From NCBI RefSeq assembly GCF_009914755.1, contig NC_060941.1: a stretch of DNA of 64,000 nucleotides. One strand, written 5' to 3'. The notes under the pieces were generated by a model. The model saw only the letters and a program-made list of their open reading frames with translations. It did no database searches and was not told the origin of the DNA. This DNA is from the human T2T-CHM13v2.0 reference genome, Homo sapiens. Below are positions 1 through 17,666 of this stretch, one piece after another. Within the stretch, counting starts at the first letter, position 1. Each line of letters opens with the position of its first letter. The position numbers were made by a program, and so were the translations under genes.

Positions 1-266
1 AAGATGCTGATCGCAAAGTCTGTGGTGGTGACGAGGTGAGCGTACACTGCACACTATGTCCCTTGTGGACAGCAGTTTTCCTGGTCAGTGCACATCCACT
101 AGAATGGCAGCCCGCACAATGGCACAGCAGCACGGGGACCCGGGTGTGAAATGCTCAGCCCACATAATAGCACATGCACTGTGCTGGGAGCCTGGGGAAT
201 TAGAAATGTGGATCAAAATGTAATTTAAAAACTTGGAAATCATCTTAATCGTTAAATTATGGGTGA

Positions 267-454
<188 letters not shown>

Positions 455-724
455 TAAAATGCTGTCATACGGTTAAAAGATGAAAGTGGCAGGAGGGCAG
501 GTCTTCCGTTTTTGGAAAGGGGTAGTATCTCCTGAGTAAGTGGGAGAAAAAGTCTTTTCTTTTAACTCATCACATTCAGCTCCACCTGTGCTGGTCTTCA
601 CATTCCATCTGTGTAGGTGGAGGGTTTCCAGGCAGCGTAAGACCTAACCTGGATTGAAGTCCCTGAGGGGAAGGGTCCGTAATGTCCTGCCTTGTGCTCT
701 GTCCCCCATGCACTTCCCCTGCAG

Positions 725-816
725 GAGCTCACAGCAAGGTGCTGAACACAGACCGGCCTGACTGGTAGAGCATGATGCAGTATGTGGCCCAAATCTACAA
801 GTACTTTCGGACGTAA
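725..816 (+). pseudogene. Disabled unprocessed copy of the SPECC1 (cytospin-B) last coding exon, end of the CH domain
   Basis: Acceptor cacttcccctgcag at 711-724, then EL[+2 nt][26 protein letters not shown], matching the SPECC1 C-terminus as I recall it ([29 protein letters not shown]). Frameshift at 731-732, premature TAG at 766-768. Confidence 0.88.
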
Positions 817-1227
817 CCCATGAGGGCCTGCAGCAGCCACCACTGCCACCCACTGCAATTTGTCCTGGAAGCACCTGATTACTGCCCACTGACCCTGCTC
901 TGCCCATCACCCAGCTAGATGGACTTCAAAGGCAGGCTCAATCCTAGTGGACCAACACCCAAATAAGAAACAGAGTATACCTGTTTCAAATGCAAACACA
1001 GCTAGAGTGTAAATTGGGGACGCTTTGCTCTTCCGTGGGACACTTCTAAAGAGGGCAGCCTCCCTTCTTCCAGACCAAGACCCCACCCACAGGCTTGTTT
1101 TGCTAATTACATTGGGGTGAAGGAACACATCATCTGCACAGAGCTTCAAACAAACAGCCTCTCCAAATTAGTCTCTTTTTTTGCTAAAAAATACCCTGGC
1201 TTTTGCCTTTATAAAAACTTTGCCCTT

Positions 1228-1410
1228 GGCTGAGTGTGGTAGCGCTCACACCTATAGTCTCAGCACTTTAGGAAGCCAAGGCAGGACTGCTTGTATCCGG
1301 GAGTTGGAGGCACGGTCAAGTATGATCAAGCCACTGCACTCCAGCCTGGGTGACAGCAACAGAGCGAGACTACGTCTCTAAAAAAACAGCAACAACAACA
1401 ACAACAACAA
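1228..1410 (+). mobile_element. Alu monomer (FAM/FRAM-like) with (CAA)n tail
   Basis: Single-arm Alu flanked by TSD aaaactttgc(c/t)ctt. Confidence 0.85.
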
Positions 1411-2409
1411 AACTTTGCTCTTGGGAAGCTTGTGCTTTCTCTTATCCAAAAAACACACAAAAAAACACACACAGAAACAAACATTTGCTTCAGGGCAATC
1501 TGGAAACACATGGGCCCTGCCTTTCAGGAAATATGAGAATTCTAGGTAACAATGTTAACACCTAGAACTTGATAACATTTTTAGCTCTCATAGTCCTTTA
1601 TTTGATTCATTGTAGCGAAAGGAAAGCCTGTGATAATGCAAGGGAGGCCCTGGCTGCTTTGCTGGAGTCCCTGGGAGGTGCCCCACACCTCTGCCACCAT
1701 AGTCTGTGTGCTCTGGAGCGGCCAGCCTCTTTCATGCTAAGGAACTCACGGTCCTCGTTGTCTTTGACCTCCGGTTCTTTAACACTCCCATTCACACCCA
1801 CACAGGCTTGTCCTCCACAGAACTTGACAGGAGGTCATGTTTGTGGGAATGGCCTGTGTCTGCTTTGCAGGGTTCAGCAGGCTGAGGGTGTGTGCCTCTG
1901 GGGACCCTGGGCTGACAGCAAATCCCAACAGTATTTCGGCTCTGGACTGACTTGGCCTTCAGTGCTTTCCCAGGCCTCTTACATCAGCATGGGAAAAAGA
2001 AGCCCTTAGGGATGGGCAGTGAAGTCCTGTTGTTAATTAACAAAAAGGAATGCAGCTGCCCCTGGCACCCTACTGGTTACCCTGAGTGGCAGCAGAGCCC
2101 TCCCCAGAGCCGCCCCAGTCCCTCAGAAGTGCTGGATCTGGCCCGGGTGCCCATCTGGTGGCTCTGCCGTGTTCTTCTGGGCAGATCTGTGTGCACTACA
2201 CAGCAAGTGAGGGCGTGGCTCACACAGGTGGTTGAGGGAAATGGGTAATGCCCATCCCTTGCTGTTCTAAGTGTAAAACAGCCTGTTAGCGCTCCTCTGA
2301 CAAAGGATCATTCTTCCAGTGAGTCACTGAGAATGACAGTGACTGCCATTACTACTCAAAGTACATCTCTGATTGCTGATCTGAGCCACTTCAGAGCCAG
2401 GTTCTAGAG

Positions 2410-2927
2410 CAAGCTTGTCCAACCCATGACTTGCAGGCCACATGCAGCCCAGGGTGGCTTTGAATGCGGCCCAACACAAATACGTAAACTTTTTTTTTTT
2501 TTTAGACTGAGTTTTGCTGTTTCACCCAGGCTGGAGTGCAGTGGCGTGATCTCAGCTCCCTGCAACCTCCATCTCCTCGGTTCAAGTGAGTCTCCTGCCT
2601 CAGCCTCCTAAGTAGCTAGAATTACAGGCGTGTGCCACCACTCCTGGATAATTTTTTGTATTTTTAGTAGAAACGGGGTTTCACCATGTTAGCCAGGCTC
2701 GTCTCAAACTCCTGACCTTAGGTGATTCACCCGCCTCGGCCTCCCAAAGTGCTGGGATTACAGGCATGAGCCACCGTGCCCGGCCTACAAATATGTAATC
2801 TTTTTGTGAGATTTTTTTGCGATTTCCTTTAGCACATCAGCTATCATTAGTGTTAGTGTATTTTATGTGTGGCCCAAGACAGTTCTTCCAGTGTGGCCCA
2901 GGGAAGCCAAAAGATTGGACACCCCAG
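2410..2927 (-). mobile_element. MER30 hAT DNA transposon, interrupted by an Alu
   Basis: Termini caagcttgtccaacc ... gaagccaaaagattggacacccc match MER30. Confidence 0.85.
2489..2786 (-). mobile_element. AluS inserted in MER30
   Basis: Full dimer; TSD acaaata(c/t)gtaa(a/t)ct. Confidence 0.93.
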
Positions 2928-3092
2928 GGGCTGCAGGTTCAGCCCCTTCCCATACCTGGAAAGGGCAGGAGCTCGGTCCCCTCCTCCAAGCCAGACCTTT
3001 GCAGAGGTGGCATCTGGGCTCTGCAGGTCAGTGGATCCCTGAGTCTCAAGCCACCACTAACCTGGGGACAAGAGACTCTGCCCTGGCTCTGC

Positions 3093-3262
3093 TAGTGGAT
3101 CCCAGCTGCAGCTCTGTATCAGAATCTTCAGGGCACCGTTTTGAAAACTGGTTACCCCAGTTGGTTGACTCAGAATGTCTGGAATGGGACCAGAGATGCA
3201 GTCTACATGTTTTGAAAGTTCTCTAGACGACTCCAATGCACAGCTGCATGGAGAACCACTAA
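3093..3262. mobile_element. MER5-like hAT relic
   Basis: tcagaatc...gactcagaatgtctgg...gagaaccact motifs. Confidence 0.5.
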
Positions 3263-3966
3263 GTGGGGCAGGGATCTCCCTGGTGGCCCCAGGGCAGGCA
3301 GCCTGTGGGAGCTCCTGAGCAACTGCTTGGCGATGGTCATTATATCACCCGCGCCTTTGTTTTTAAGTGAAACTTGAGGCACCGTCAGAACCAATTCAAC
3401 CCGAGAGTTATTACTTGTGCTGCTTCACGCAACTGTCTTTTGTTGACATAATCGATGCATTTTTCTTTCTCCTTGTGCTTCTACTTTGCCTGCTATTAAA
3501 GTGGGGGAAAGTAATATCCCAAGTGGTTGAGTTGTTGGTTGTTGGGTTTAAGCTGAAATTACTCCAGGGGTTTATGTGGGGAGGCAGTTGTGGTCTTGGG
3601 ATACCCGGAGTCAGTGTTTACTGTGATTGGCTCTGAGTGATTACATGTAAATGATCTAGAACCAGCTCTGCTCAAAGCAGTTTCTATGCTGGATGGTGTT
3701 GTGGTTTCCCTCCTTCCACACTGGAGCCATACCAGCCCCTCTCCAGTGGGAGCCCAAGTTGCTGATTACTTTAGCCAAACTCAGCCATTCTGGTCTCTAT
3801 CCTGATCCCTTTAGGCTAACAAGAAGGAAAGAAACATCACATGAAAGAAGGGCCATGTGCAACTTATTTTTATAACTCAAGGAGGTTCCCTGACTGCCAT
3901 TTTACTTGCCAATAGACATGCATGTAGAAGAGAAATGGCATGTCCTGTCCATAGAAATAACACGTG

Positions 3967-4628
<662 letters not shown>

Positions 4629-6399
4629 TCACTTTTTCCTCCCAGGGAAGCCACACTATCCCAGCCTTTTTCTCCCTAGGGCCTCTGCATCTTCTCAGAC
4701 AGCACAGGCTCGGATAAGGGATCATCACTTATCACCTAGCCAGGATAGCAGCCACGGCTCACTTCCCTCTTGGGCTGTCAGGTGACAAGAGAAGCTGTGT
4801 CCAGGAGATACCACGTCTCGTTTGCCCAACATCTGATCACCTGCAGCTGTCTTCAGCTGCTCAGTGGTTCACACATGCATATGCAGGCATATGTGAACAC
4901 ATGCACACAAACACGCACGCACACATGGGCATTTTATGGAGGGCCAATGACTTAGCACTTGGGACGATCTCTTCCGTATTTGCCACTGTTTGGGCCCCAT
5001 TAGGGAGGTTCCCATCCTGTGGCCTAGACTGCTACAAGAATGAAGCATCATCTGTGGACATTTCGAGCCTGGGCTGTCTGAGCACACACACTTTACAGGT
5101 ACCTGGCTTCAGGCCACTTAGTTGCACTGAAGCCCCAGGGCTTATTCCTGCGCCTCTGTAGCCTAGATTCGTCAGATGGTGATGGAGAGAAAACACTCAC
5201 CCTAGAAAGTGGTCGTATTAAATGAGGTGTCAGGTGAGAGGCTCCCAACGTGCCCCCTGAGGCATCTGTTGTTGCACTGTCTGTGGCAATGGTCTCTGCT
5301 GCCCAGAAGCCCATGGGGACTTGCCCACCCTGTGTCCCTTGGCCCACAGCTGGCTCTTCCTTCCCTGAGCCAGAAGGGCTTGGATTCTTAGGCTGTGCAT
5401 TTACACCCTGCACTCTGAGCTCCTTGGAAGCAGAGCTGTGTATTTACTGACTCAAAATGCTACAGCCTAATGTGTAACAGTTGCTAAATAGATAATTTTT
5501 GATTAATTAGTGGAAATATCCAGCTCCCACTGACGGTCATTCTGACTTGGAATTCTTCACTGAACTCAAGGAATAAACACCTCCGCATCCAGCCTGGTTT
5601 CAGAGCTGCAGTCAGTCTTGTCAACAGTTGTTTCCAGCTTTTCCAGCTTGATGGTGAAAATCCCAGAATTGCAAACAAGAAGGACCCCTGGAGGGAAACT
5701 CAAAACCTGGCCATTCTAAGACCTTTGTCATTTTTCCTTCTTTCTCTGCTACTATCACTTATGGTATCATGAATGGACACAATACATTTCCAAGCAGAAT
5801 CTCTGAACCTTCCAAACTCATTAAATTCATACATTGTAACTTGACTCACCTGCCTTATTAAAACCTTACCAACATTTTTCTAGATTATGAAAAATATGCT
5901 ATAAAAAAATTTGGCCTGGACATCTTGCAGTGTTGGCCAAAGGGCCGGTCCCGTCACCCCTCCCATATGTCCATCTGGGTTACTATTTATATCACCCTTT
6001 AAACCAGATCATTACCCTCATATCAGAAAAATAGCAAAACAGAAAATGGAACATGGGAAAAGTTAGCCACAGCTTGCTTTTACTGCTACATGTGACCTCA
6101 GAAGGCCTGGCCACTGTTTGAAAAGTCTAATCCTAGACAACACATATGGCTGGAGAAGGAACCTTGACCACAGCAGAGTCTTCGATCTTCTCAGGGGCAG
6201 GAGGACTTCACTGTGCTCTTCTGATAGCCAGGAACAGGCACCTAGGCGGGCTGCCCCGAATCATGGGGACATGCAGCTCATGGCAAGGAGGAAAATGAGC
6301 CATACTGAGTCCTGGGAAGGCATTTCAAACACACATTTTACTCCCACACATTTGACCACCTATAGTTGGAAGAAAAAATAAGGTTAATTCAAAAAAAAA

Positions 6400-6693
6400 T
6401 TCTTTGAGACAATCTCACTCTCTTGCCCATGCTGGAGTGTGGTGGCATGATCCTAGCACACTAGAACCTTGAACTCCTGGGATCAAGGGATCCTTCCACC
6501 TCAGCCTCCTAAGTAGCTAGGACTACAGATGCATGCCATCACACCCAGCTGACTTTTTATATTTTTACTTTTTGTAGAGAGAGGGCTCTTGCTTTGTTGC
6601 CCAGGCTAGCCTCAAACCTCTGGCCCCAAGTGATCCTCCCATCCGAGTCTCCCAAAGTGCTGAGATTACAAGTGTGAGCCACTGTGCCCAGCT
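6400..6693 (-). mobile_element. AluJ
   Basis: Diverged Alu dimer. Confidence 0.9.
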
Positions 6694-7154
6694 GTTAAAA
6701 AAAACAGGATGTGTCTATTGTCACCTGCCATTGCAGCCAATAATCATGTGCCCCAGAGCAAGCATGAACCATATAGCTGGTCTGTCTACAGCCTCAGCTC
6801 CTGTGGGTCACCCATTGTGTAAGTGTCCCATGACATTGAGTGCAGTTTCAGTATTTAAAGCTTTCTTTGCTTGCTTGTTTGTTTGGATACAGTATGGACC
6901 TTAACTGCAAGCTAACTGTTTCATCTAATGCTCAGCGCATCCCTGGAGGAAAACTTGGCTGTGTTGGGGCCATTTGAGAGGATTTTTAGATGTTCCAGAT
7001 GGTAGCTTGATGGCAACTGACACAGGAGAATTTCCAACTTGTGCACTGACTTTAGATCCTAACTTCTTAGGCAACTCTCCTCAAAGTTCAGGTCTTTTGG
7101 GGCAACCCTCATTTCGTGACTCCCTCGGGCTGAGTCATGACTGCTCACTGTCAT

Positions 7155-7658
7155 TGTATTCGCTTCCTGTGGCTGTTGTAACAAATTATCACAAACTCAG
7201 TGGCTTAAAACAACAGGAACTTGGTATCTCACAGTCCTGGGGTTCAGAAGTGCAGCATAGCCTCACTGTGTTAAAATCAAGGTGTCACAGTGCAGCTTCC
7301 TTCCTGGAGGCTCTAGAAGAGAATCCGCCTTCTTGCCATTCCCAGCCTCCAGGGGCCTCCTGCATTCCTTAGCTTGTGGCCCCTTCCTGCATCTTCAAAG
7401 CCAGCAGCGTTGCCTCTGTGGCTGTTCTTCCAGTCACATCTCCCCTGGTTCTCTGCTGCTGCGAAAGGCGCTCTGATTTTAAGGACTCATGTTAAGTAGA
7501 TTGGGCCTATCTGGAGAATCCAGGCTATTCTCTCTATTGCAAGGTCTCTAACCTTAATCACATCTGCAGAGTCCCTTCTGCCATGTAAGCTAACACATTT
7601 ACAGGTTCCAGGGACTCAGGAGTGGACATCTCTGGGGACCATTATTCTGCCTGCCATA
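7155..7658 (-). mobile_element. MLT1 (C/D-type) MaLR solo LTR
   Basis: tgtattcgcttcctgtggctgttgtaacaaatt ... gggaccattattctgcctgccata termini. Confidence 0.8.
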
Positions 7659-7734
7659 GTCATCTCTTCTTTCTTTCTCCACCCATTAACAATCCATGGA
7701 ATCTTTCTGTATTTTCTAGTTATAGTTACCAAGC

Positions 7735-8147
7735 TGTGTTAGTCAAGGTTCTCCAGAGAAACAGCCCCAATAGGAGATAGATAGGTGATAGATAGACAGG
7801 TGGACAGAAAGGGAATGAGATTAATTATACAGAACTGCCCCATGTGACTATGGAGGCTGAGAAGTCCCACAGTCTGCCGTGTCCAAGTGGAGACCCAGGA
7901 AGGCCAGTGGTGATGTTCAAAGGCCTAAAGAATTAAATATTCCTCTACCTTTTGGTTATATTTAAGCCCTCAGTGGATTGGGTGATGCCCACTGATATTG
8001 GGGAGGGTATCTGCTTGATTTAGTTCACCAACCCAAATACTAATCTCTTCCAGAAACACCCTCACAGCCACCCCAGAAACAATGTCCAACCAGCTATGTG
8101 GACATCCCTTGGCCCAGTGAAGTTGACACATAAAGTTAACCGTCACA
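7735..8147 (-). mobile_element. MLT2 (ERVL) solo LTR
   Basis: tgtgttagtcaaggttctccagagaaacag ... agttgacacataaagttaaccgtcaca. Confidence 0.8.
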
Positions 8148-8519
8148 CAAGCTGAAGAATCAGATTGGCCTGCGATAGGTCTCCCCATTCTGCCTGAGCA
8201 GGCACTGATTTTCACATGGGATCACCTCACGGGTCACTAACCAGTCAGCAGTCGGCTGCCCTGGCTGTCAGCTGGGGTGGGGGGGTCACATGGCACTCAC
8301 TATGGCTGCCTGCTTACGAACAGGCGAAGACTCTTGCAGCCCAGAGCTGTCTCCCTCCAAAGGCAGTGGTAAGCGGGATGAGCTGCAGGCTGTTATGTGT
8401 CCTGGGATGGGAATCAGGCTTCTCCCAAACAAGTCAACCTTCCTGGGGACTGCAGCTTTGTGCTACTGCAGCTGGAAGCCCAGCAGGACTGTGGGTCTGA
8501 GCCAGCCCCTGAGTTGAAG

Positions 8520-8982
8520 TGTAGGAGGACAAGTCACAGACAAAACCCCTCAGACACCGAGTTAAAGAAGGAAGGGCTTTATTCGACCAGGAGCTTCGAC
8601 AAGACTCACGTCTCCAACAACTGAGCTCCTGAGTGAACAACTCCTGTCCCTTTTAGGGGCTCACAACTCTAAGGGGGGTCCGCGTGAGAGGGTCGTGATC
8701 AACTGAGCAAGGAGTGGGGGTACATGACTGGGGTCTGCAAGCTCCTGCGTCGGTAATTAGAACAGAACAGGACAGGGATTTTCACAGTGCTTTTCTATAC
8801 AGTGTCTGTAATCTATAGATAACATAACCAATTACATCAGGGGTCAATCTTTAATTACCAGGCCCAGGGAGTGGTGCCAGGCTGTCTGCCTGTGGATTTC
8901 ATTTCTGCCTTTTAGTTTTTAATTCTTTCTTTGGAGGCAGAAATTGGGCATAAGACAGTATGAGGGGTGGTCTCCTCCCTTA
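8520..8982 (-). mobile_element. LTR2-family (HERV-E) solo LTR
   Basis: Minus strand starts TAAGGGAGGAGACCACCCCTCATA and ends ...CCTACA, with an internal AATAAA; perfect 4-bp TSD GAAG (8516-8519, 8983-8986). Confidence 0.9.
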
Positions 8983-9004
8983 GAAGGGGTTGTGGCACCA
9001 GTGA

Positions 9005-9155
9005 ATTAGGTCATTGCCAGACCATTTTATAGACCAGGAAACTGAGGCACAGAAAGGCTCAATAATTTGCCTAAAGCAGCTCAGCTTGGAGAAGGCAAAG
9101 CAAGGATTTAAACCTAAGTGATCTGGCACCAAAGCCTGCACTCCTAGCCACTGCT
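9005..9155 (-). mobile_element. MIR
   Basis: ccattttatagaccaggaaactgaggcacagaaag core. Confidence 0.8.
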
Positions 9156-9215
9156 CAATGCTCCACCATCGGCCACCTGTCCTGGAGAAGGAGGAGCACT
9201 TGCTGTGATCTCTTA

Positions 9216-10210
<995 letters not shown>

Positions 10211-10596
10211 GACTGGGCAGCTTAGAAACAACATTGCTATCTCGTGGTCCTGGGAGTCTGCGCTCGGGGTGGCAGCGTGGTCGGGCTCTGGAAAAGGCCT
10301 TCTTCCCGGTTGCCCAAGACCACCTTCTTGCTGTGTCCTCACTTGGACAGAGGGAGCTGCTCCTGGCCTCTTACAGGGGCAGGAATCCTTCCATCCTCAT
10401 GACCTGGTCACCTCCCCAAGGCCCCAGCTCCTTATACCTTCACCTTGGTTCAGGTTTCAGCAGAGGAATTTGGAGAGGGGCACACAAACATTCAGTGCAT
10501 TGCTGTGGGCTTATATCTTCTTTTGCGTCTTCTGGCCCCTTAAAAGTCGGAGTCTTAAACCTTTCCTCCGGTAGGGGCCTAGTTTGTAGGCTGAGT

Positions 10597-11065
<469 letters not shown>

Positions 11066-11549
11066 GAGCCTTGGGACAGGCAGGTCACTCTGTGTGACAG
11101 GGGACAGCCAGAGGCCCAGGCAGGAGGAGCAAATAGTGAAGCCTGAGTGAACCACCCAGGCAGGTCCTGAGCCCCCACCACCAACATCCGGTTTATGGCT
11201 CTTCTCAGTCTCCAGGAGGAGGTTTATTTTCTCCTCTGCTTCCTGGGCAGCTGTCCAGTGCCCAGCCTGACTGCTGGCAGCCCTAAGCAGATACACTCCA
11301 GATGCAGCGTGACCTCCTCGTTGCCACCTCTTGGGGAAGGAAACTGTGATGGGCTCCCTGCCATCCTACAACCATGGCACCCACTGGAGGTGTCTTGTTC
11401 TAAAGCCCAGTGGCCTATTCCAGGCCCTGGTAGGAACCAATTTGGATTATTTGACCTGAATTTTCCAGCCAAAGCCTTCAGGAGGTGCCCATCCAATCCC
11501 ACTGCAACCCGTTGAGTCATTCCTGCATCTGTCCTCTACCTGCCAGCTT

Positions 11550-11805
11550 CTACTCACCTTTCAGGACTACCTAAAGCAAGACTGCCTTAGAGAAACACCT
11601 CTCCATTCCCCCACCCCAATTAAACTGGGCTCCCTGAAAAAATGTGGCCTTAATTTTTCCTTCAGGGCCATCATCAGATGTTTAACTCTCCAGCTATGGG
11701 TGTCATTTTGGGGTGAATGTCTGTTTCCCACCCTCAACCAGGGACTACAAGCTGTGCCAGGGCAGGTACCTGTGTCTTTGGTCACCTAGTGTGTCCTGGC
11801 ACCAC
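11550..11805 (+). mobile_element. L2 3' relic
   Basis: gactacaagctgtgccagggcaggtacctgtgtctttggtcacc resembles the L2 tail. Confidence 0.55.
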
Positions 11806-12307
11806 CTCCTCAGCAGGAAATGGGTGCCTTGAAGCCCAGTGGTAGGCATGTTGCAAGGGTTGAGCCTCCTGAGGTCAGGAGACAGCCACCAGGTACAGCA
11901 GTGGATGTGCCCAGTGGGTGGGAAGGGCAGGGAAGGGAGGCCAGGTGGGATGCCAGGTGGGGGCAGAGGAGGCTCCAGTGGCCAGCTGGGTGTACAGGAT
12001 GGAAAAGACCCACTTTCTCCAGCCACCTTTTATAAAAAATAAAAATAATTTTTTTAAAGAAAACCTTTGTTCATGAAGAAATTGGGTGAATGTGTCTAGA
12101 CAAGATTGATTGTAATACAGACCCAAAGACAGTTTCAATTAGCGTCAGCGTGAAATCCTGTAAGCCAGAGTTTTAAACCTTTTCCCTAGACCAAAGTACC
12201 CCAGTGGCCCCCAGGGGGTCTCAGAACACAGTTTGAAGCTGTGTACTACAGTAATTTTTTTTTGAAATCTTTTATTTTGAAGCCTTATAAATGCTTCAGA
12301 GTTTTCA

Positions 12308-12571
12308 GAAACTCAAATACTGAATGTTCTCATTATAAATGGGAGCTAAATAATATGTACACATGGACATGCAGAGTGGAATAATAGACACGGGAGACAC
12401 AGAAGGGTGCGAAGGCGGAAGGGAGAGTGAGGCATGAGAAGTTACTTAATGGGTGCAATGTACACTATTCAGGTGATGGCTATACCAAAAGCCCAGACTT
12501 CACCACTGTTCAGTATACCCATGGAACAAAACTGCAGTCGTATCCCCTAAATTTATACAAAATAAATAAAA
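12308..12571 (+). mobile_element. L1 3' end (L1PB/L1MA type)
   Basis: caaatactgaatgttctca...gggagctaaa...aaaagcccagacttcaccact...aataaataaa. Confidence 0.85.
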
Positions 12572-12629
12572 GTTTCTGTTCCCCTTATGACATAGCAATG
12601 ATTGTTTCATATAAAAGTGACTACTTTCA

Positions 12630-12983
<354 letters not shown>

Positions 12984-13819
12984 TCACAGCACCGCGCAGG
13001 TATTTGTGACAGGCCTCATCCCTTGGAGGCTGCGAGCCCAGCTGGAGAAGCACAGCAGGGGGCCAACGGGATGACTCACAGATTGCACAACTGTAGGCAT
13101 CTGGGAGCTCCCTGCTGATGGTCTTCTCAGACTTTCAACAGGTCTTCTATAAAAATTCTCTCGCTCTGGAATTGTTTGTATATGGCAATGTGGGAAACCA
13201 ATGTTTGAGTCCAAGAACATGTGCCAGGCTTCCGGCCTTCCGATCATTCCAGGATGAGTCAGTGAGCCAGAGGGGCACCCGTGTGAGTTTTATCATCCAT
13301 CTCCCCAGGCCATGGAGGATTTCTCCCCTGCTTCAGACAGTCATAGACAATGGAAACCTGTTTCCCAGCAGAAAGCAGACAAGCTGAGCCTGGGGATTTG
13401 GCAAATCTCAATCAGAACTGGCTCCAAGCATCTTCTAGGTCTCACTTACAATTTAAAGCAACAGGCGGCTTTTACTCAACTGGAAGGTCTCAGCCTGTTC
13501 TTCTGCAGCAGCAGTGATGCTATGAGATCTCTGCTGCTAACAAAGCACCACTGCAAATGGCTTCTGGAGATATTATCCCTCTTGATGGTTGCTGTCATTA
13601 TCTCCTTTGAAAGTGAAATTTACCTGACACAAAATCAGAAACTAGAAGATCCATTTGCTGTAATCGTGTAAATGTTGTTTTAAAGTGACAGTTGATGCTA
13701 AAATACATGTTCAGTACAGAAAATACCAAAGGCGCAAAGAAAATAAAAATGTCCTATCATCACACCAAAAATGGGTAATGAAAATTAACATATTTTTTGG
13801 TAGTTTTATCAGCACACGT

Positions 13820-14240
13820 CAGTATCAGTTAGAATTAGGTTAAGTGGCAAGGGATAGAGTCCTGAAAAACAGTGCTTTAAGGTAAGAAACTTCCTCCCTT
13901 CTCATTAAAAAAAGAAGTCCAGAGGTAAAACTTCCAAAGCTAGCATGCTGAATTCACAAAATTATTAGGGATCCCGGCACCTTTTAGCTCTCACATCCTT
14001 AAGGGAGTGGCATTTATCCTCATAAATGAAAATGGCTGCCAGAGTTCCAGTCATCACAACTATATCCCAGGAGACAGAATAAAGTTTATGTCTTCCTAGA
14101 AGACTCATGTGACACTTTCTGTTATATTTCATTAGTCCCATGGCTACACCTAGCTTCAAGGAAGGGTGGGAAATCTAGTCTGGGGTTCTATTACAAAAAG
14201 GAAGGATGACTTGTGTAGGGAATTAGAAGTCTGTGACAGT
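13820..14240 (-). mobile_element. Old MLT1 (J/K/L-type) LTR relic
   Basis: aagaagtccagaggta...aatggctgccagagttccag...catggctacacctagc motifs. Confidence 0.55.
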
Positions 14241-14669
14241 TTATATACTTTTTCATCTTAAAGTTTAACTCTGAATAGATTCAAACATTTATTTTTACTT
14301 GACTCAAAAAATTATGAAAAAATATACAGTGAAAGACCGTGCCACTCAGTCTTCCCTTCCCTTCCCAGATGCGTACACACTGGTAACTACTGTTATCAGT
14401 ATTTTGTGTACCCTTCCAGAGTTTCTTAGGCACATACAGGCAAATGTGAGTAGCATCATATCCTCTTATTTTTAACCCCAAAGTTAGCATGCTATGCATT
14501 TTATTCTGCACCTGGCTTTTTGTTTTTGTTTGGGTTTTTTTCTTTTCACTTAGGCAAATGTCTCCAAGACACATTGCTATCAATACATAGAAAGCATCCA
14601 CATTCTTTTTTTCTGCTGCATGGTATTCTATTATATGGGTGTAGCATCAATTATCTAGTCCCCTATGAT

Positions 14670-14801
14670 TAGGGTAGCCATAAAACCAACCATCCAGATT
14701 GGGACATTTTCAAGAGTGAACAGGGCTGTATTATTAATTATACTGGGGCAAAGGTGTAAACCAGGGCTGTCCCAAGCAAACTGGGATGTAGGGTCACCCC
14801 A
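14670..14801 (-). mobile_element. MER94 hAT MITE
   Basis: tagggtagccata ... tgtcccaagcaaactgggatgtagggtcacccc terminal inverted repeats. Confidence 0.7.
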
Positions 14802-15077
14802 TAGATGATGAACATAGGGACTGTTTCCAGTCTTTTGCTCTTATGACAATGCTATCATTATTAATGTGCATATGTATATGTTCATGTGTGTAAGTTTCAC
14901 ACATATACTTGCTGGGTCAAAGAGTTTATGCTTCTGACGGAACATGCCAAATTGCTCCTGTGGGAGCTGGATTAACTTGTTCTCCCATGAGCATCATAGG
15001 AGAGTGTCTCTTTAACCACAGCTTGGCCCACAGAGTGTGCTATCAGACATTTGGATTTTTGCTGGTCTAATAGGTGA

Positions 15078-15890
<813 letters not shown>

Positions 15891-16075
15891 CCATTGCCCA
15901 TATTTCTTAGTGAGTGTTTGGAAACCTCATCTTGGAGCTTTTAGTACATTGGAGAGATGATGTATGTGATTTGAGATGCAAATAGCTTCCCCAGTGATTG
16001 TCTTTGTTTCTGCTTATGATGATTTGTTTTTGCCATGGAGAAAATTTTTTTAATTTTTGTCTCTTCTTTTGCAGC

Positions 16076-16401
<326 letters not shown>

Positions 16402-16670
16402 TGAGGCTTTGGATAAGTCAAAGCTAGAAAGCCCTTCCCCATTCCAAGGTTATAAAGGTGTGCTCCTTTATAACCTTCTACAACTTTCATTCTTCTAGAA
16501 CTTTCATTGTTTTCTTTTAGAACTTTCATTGTTTTGTCTTAAATCTTTGATGCATTTGGGATTTATCTTGAAGTACATGGTGGGGTATGAATTTATATAC
16601 ATTTTAAATAAGTATATTATAACTTTTCCCATAGTAATGCAAGCTTATTGTTAAAAAGTTAAGCAGTATT

Positions 16671-16936
<266 letters not shown>

Positions 16937-17026
16937 GTAGTATTTATGGTATATATCAAAAGACAGCAGTCTCCTGTTACTATCCTTTCCCTGTTTACCC
17001 CCCTTAGCCCCTCCAGTCTTTCAAAT

Positions 17027-17666
<640 letters not shown>

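Noticed and set aside
598-858. 86-aa minus-strand ORF
   Set aside because: It is the antisense shadow of the SPECC1 pseudo-exon on the plus strand.
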